Positions 38,273-41,769 of a stretch of DNA of 41,769 bases are shown here, in pieces. The notes beneath the pieces are model-generated. The model saw only the letters and a program-made list of their open reading frames with translations. It did no database searches and had not been told where the DNA came from. The position numbers and the translations under genes are program-made. The stretch lies in contig JAUZRS010000175.1 of NCBI GenBank assembly GCA_030950195.1, positions 1 through 41,769 on the forward strand. The letters are read 5' to 3'. The stretch is from Gammaproteobacteria bacterium. Lineage in GTDB: Bacteria > Pseudomonadota > Gammaproteobacteria > JAUZRS01. Numbering within the stretch: position 1 is the first letter of the stretch; the number at the start of each line of letters is the position of its first letter.

Positions 38273-38276
<4 letters not shown>
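37812..38276 (-). CDS. trmL: tRNA (cytidine/uridine(34)-2'-O)-methyltransferase TrmL (SpoU/TrmH family)
   Basis: 154 aa. Contains [32 protein letters not shown] and [10 protein letters not shown]. Confidence 0.88.
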
Positions 38277-40093
<1,817 letters not shown>

Positions 40094-40141
40094 TAAGCTG
40101 CGCAGCCAGAGTGAAAGTAGGGACGTTAAAGCAGTGCTTTA

Positions 40142-41338
40142 TTAACGCTCTCGATAGAGAGCATAAATCGCTGTTGAATAATTATGATACACATTTTTAC
40201 CATCTAAGCGAGCAAATTCACCAAAACCATACAAGCCCAGCCAAGGTGGAATGGTGCCGTTGTTGCTCAGTGGGGTTTGCATCTGCGCTACTAATTCATC
40301 TTTCATAATGCGGTTGAAGAGCATGCGACCACGGGCGAGGCAATCGGCGTGAAAGACCGCTACGGTTTGGCCACCTTCCATTCGCTTCAACATCTGCTCC
40401 ATCATACGATCCAGATCATCGAAGATGCGTTTTTCGTCACGAATGGTCAGCCACAGTTGGGTGCCTTCTGGGCAGAGGGTGGGGTAGTGCATTGAGCCGT
40501 CATCTTCTTTTTTGGTGACGGCACGCAGAATGTGATCATTGCCGTATTCCTGCGCTTCTGCTAGCGGAAGCTCTTCGGCCAGTGCGCCAATGGGGATGGT
40601 ATCGCCGCAGGTGGCTTCGGTGCTCAAGCCCAGACGTTCTGTGTAGGTTTGCCATGCGGGTTGGCCATCCAGCTCAATGATGCGGTTGCCGCTGGATTTT
40701 GTCACCGTTAGTGGCTCGCCGGTGGCGATAAAACCGTGGGTGGCCTGAGTGTCTACTTTGAGACTGGGGTCGGCAAAACCCACTGCCCAAGCGGCATGTT
40801 CGTAGACTTGTTCATCAACCATTTGGTAGTTGGTAATGCCGCGCATGTTGTCTGCCGAGGTGGCACCAAAAAAGGTGACGTGATTGCCGAATACGCTCTC
40901 TAGGCCTTGGATGCAGAGGTCATCGGCAATATCAATTCCAGGGGCGAGAAACAGCACCATGTTGATATTGCTGTTTTGGGCTTTGAGTTGTTCTGCCAGT
41001 TTCACGGACTTTTCATAGGCGTTGTGGCCATAAATGCCTTCTACATGAGCGACAGCCAGCTTCGACTTGCCTTTGATGGCCATGATGGCCACGTCTTTCA
41101 TGGATTCACTCACCCCTTCGCTGCCGATCACACCGCAACACGAGCTGCCTAGAATACGAGCGTTGGGAGCCAATTGTCGGGCTTGATCTATCAGTTGTTG
41201 ATAGTTGTGACCGATGGAGGCGTGAATGATGATTAAATCACAGTCTTGATTTTCTTCGCCCAGTGCGGCTTCCATACATTCGGTGATGGCGCGTTTGGAG
41301 TTGACCATACGGGTGCTGGCGGAGTGAAATTCAAGCAT
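40142..41338 (-). CDS. FIST (N+C) domain signal-transduction protein
   Basis: 398 aa. The pattern DLIIIHAS...ILGSSCCGVIG...VTFFGATSADN...HADCLARG matches FIST_N/FIST_C sensory domain proteins. It lies immediately upstream of a histidine kinase, which is a common partner. Confidence 0.7.
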   Translation of the reverse strand: MLEFHSASTRMVNSKRAITECMEAALGEENQDCDLIIIHASIGHNYQQLIDQARQLAPNARILGSSCCGVIGSEGVSESMKDVAIMAIKGKSKLAVAHVEGIYGHNAYEKSVKLAEQLKAQNSNINMVLFLAPGIDIADDLCIQGLESVFGNHVTFFGATSADNMRGITNYQMVDEQVYEHAAWAVGFADPSLKVDTQATHGFIATGEPLTVTKSSGNRIIELDGQPAWQTYTERLGLSTEATCGDTIPIGALAEELPLAEAQEYGNDHILRAVTKKEDDGSMHYPTLCPEGTQLWLTIRDEKRIFDDLDRMMEQMLKRMEGGQTVAVFHADCLARGRMLFNRIMKDELVAQMQTPLSNNGTIPPWLGLYGFGEFARLDGKNVYHNYSTAIYALYRER

Positions 41339-41769
41339 CGCAAACCTCTTTTGATAGGGATGTTGTGTGAATCAAAGCTAAAAAGGAACCATAAGAATAT
41401 CATTGTTTTGTGATGTATGGTAGATAAAATTATGTCAATAATGACTTTTAGGTCATTAAATGTAATTAAGACATTTGTATTATTTCTTGATTCTTTGAAA
41501 GAAACTGGTTTTTTAATGTGATGCAATTCACCTTCTGTCTGACAAATACCTAATCGTTGGTGACGAGTGAGTGTGGTCGGAGTGATGCGCTGCTGGTAGA
41601 AAAAGAATTATGAAACTACTATAGATTTATCCAAGGAGGGCAAGCTAGGAAGGCAAACATTGCATCAATGGATGATCGACAGGACGTCGTTAAAGGATTT
41701 TGAATTTGAGCCGATAGCCAAGGAGTCATCAGGAGGATGACAAGGTCAGGGAACGTCTGATTAGGATAT

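Noticed and set aside
41233-41526. 97-aa minus-strand ORF overlapping the FIST gene start and the AT-rich spacer
   Set aside because: It overlaps the 5' end of the FIST CDS in another frame and runs through AT-rich intergenic DNA. The Ile/Lys/Phe/Asn-rich product is typical of spurious AT-rich ORFs.
41560-41769. Group II intron 5' end, riboswitch (c-di-GMP-I, TPP) or RNase P/tmRNA
   Set aside because: I compared it from memory with the conserved cores (GUGYG start plus domain I, GEMM-I, the TPP box, RNase P and tmRNA) and found only short chance similarities. It is left as unassigned in the findings.

Overview
This 41.8-kb window (about 50% GC by eye) reads as core chromosome of a gammaproteobacterium. 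That assignment is inferred from E. coli-like synteny blocks: envC-ctpA-yibQ, yibN-like rhodanese-grxC-secB-gpsA-trmL, comF/bioB-bioF and pntAA-pntAB-pntB. I can support 43 protein-coding genes, four intrinsic terminators, a family of GTAG-headed REP-like palindromes and a few candidate operator palindromes. I saw no rRNA, tRNA, CRISPR array, transposase, integrase or phage genes. Most genes are housekeeping: yicC, rdgB, gor, ubiA, bioBF, ygiQ, algC, argB, pyrE, ampG, hemH, pntAB, secB, gpsA and trmL. The stand-out is a co-directional cluster of three secreted proteins at 9730-12146. It encodes a monohaem cytochrome c flanked by NPC(N)PCGMKMH repeats, a 101-aa mature protein built almost entirely of H-NPCNPC units (36% Cys/His/Met), and a pentahaem cytochrome. 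I do not recognise the repeat from any characterised family, and I propose a periplasmic soft-metal (probably copper) or thiol redox module. Secondary items are: (1) a 944-aa purple-acid-phosphatase-like ORF whose GlyGly-CTERM-like tail runs through an A9 tract into a second signal-peptide-like segment and a TPR module; (2) a chemoreceptor with a CXXCH haem-c sensor domain; (3) a secreted Gly/Asn-rich repeat protein; (4) an unannotated 34-aa membrane ORF with its own SD and terminator; (5) a perfect 15-bp inverted repeat upstream of algC; (6) an AT-rich, uninterpreted right edge. All functional calls rest on motif recognition in the supplied translations. No database search was run.
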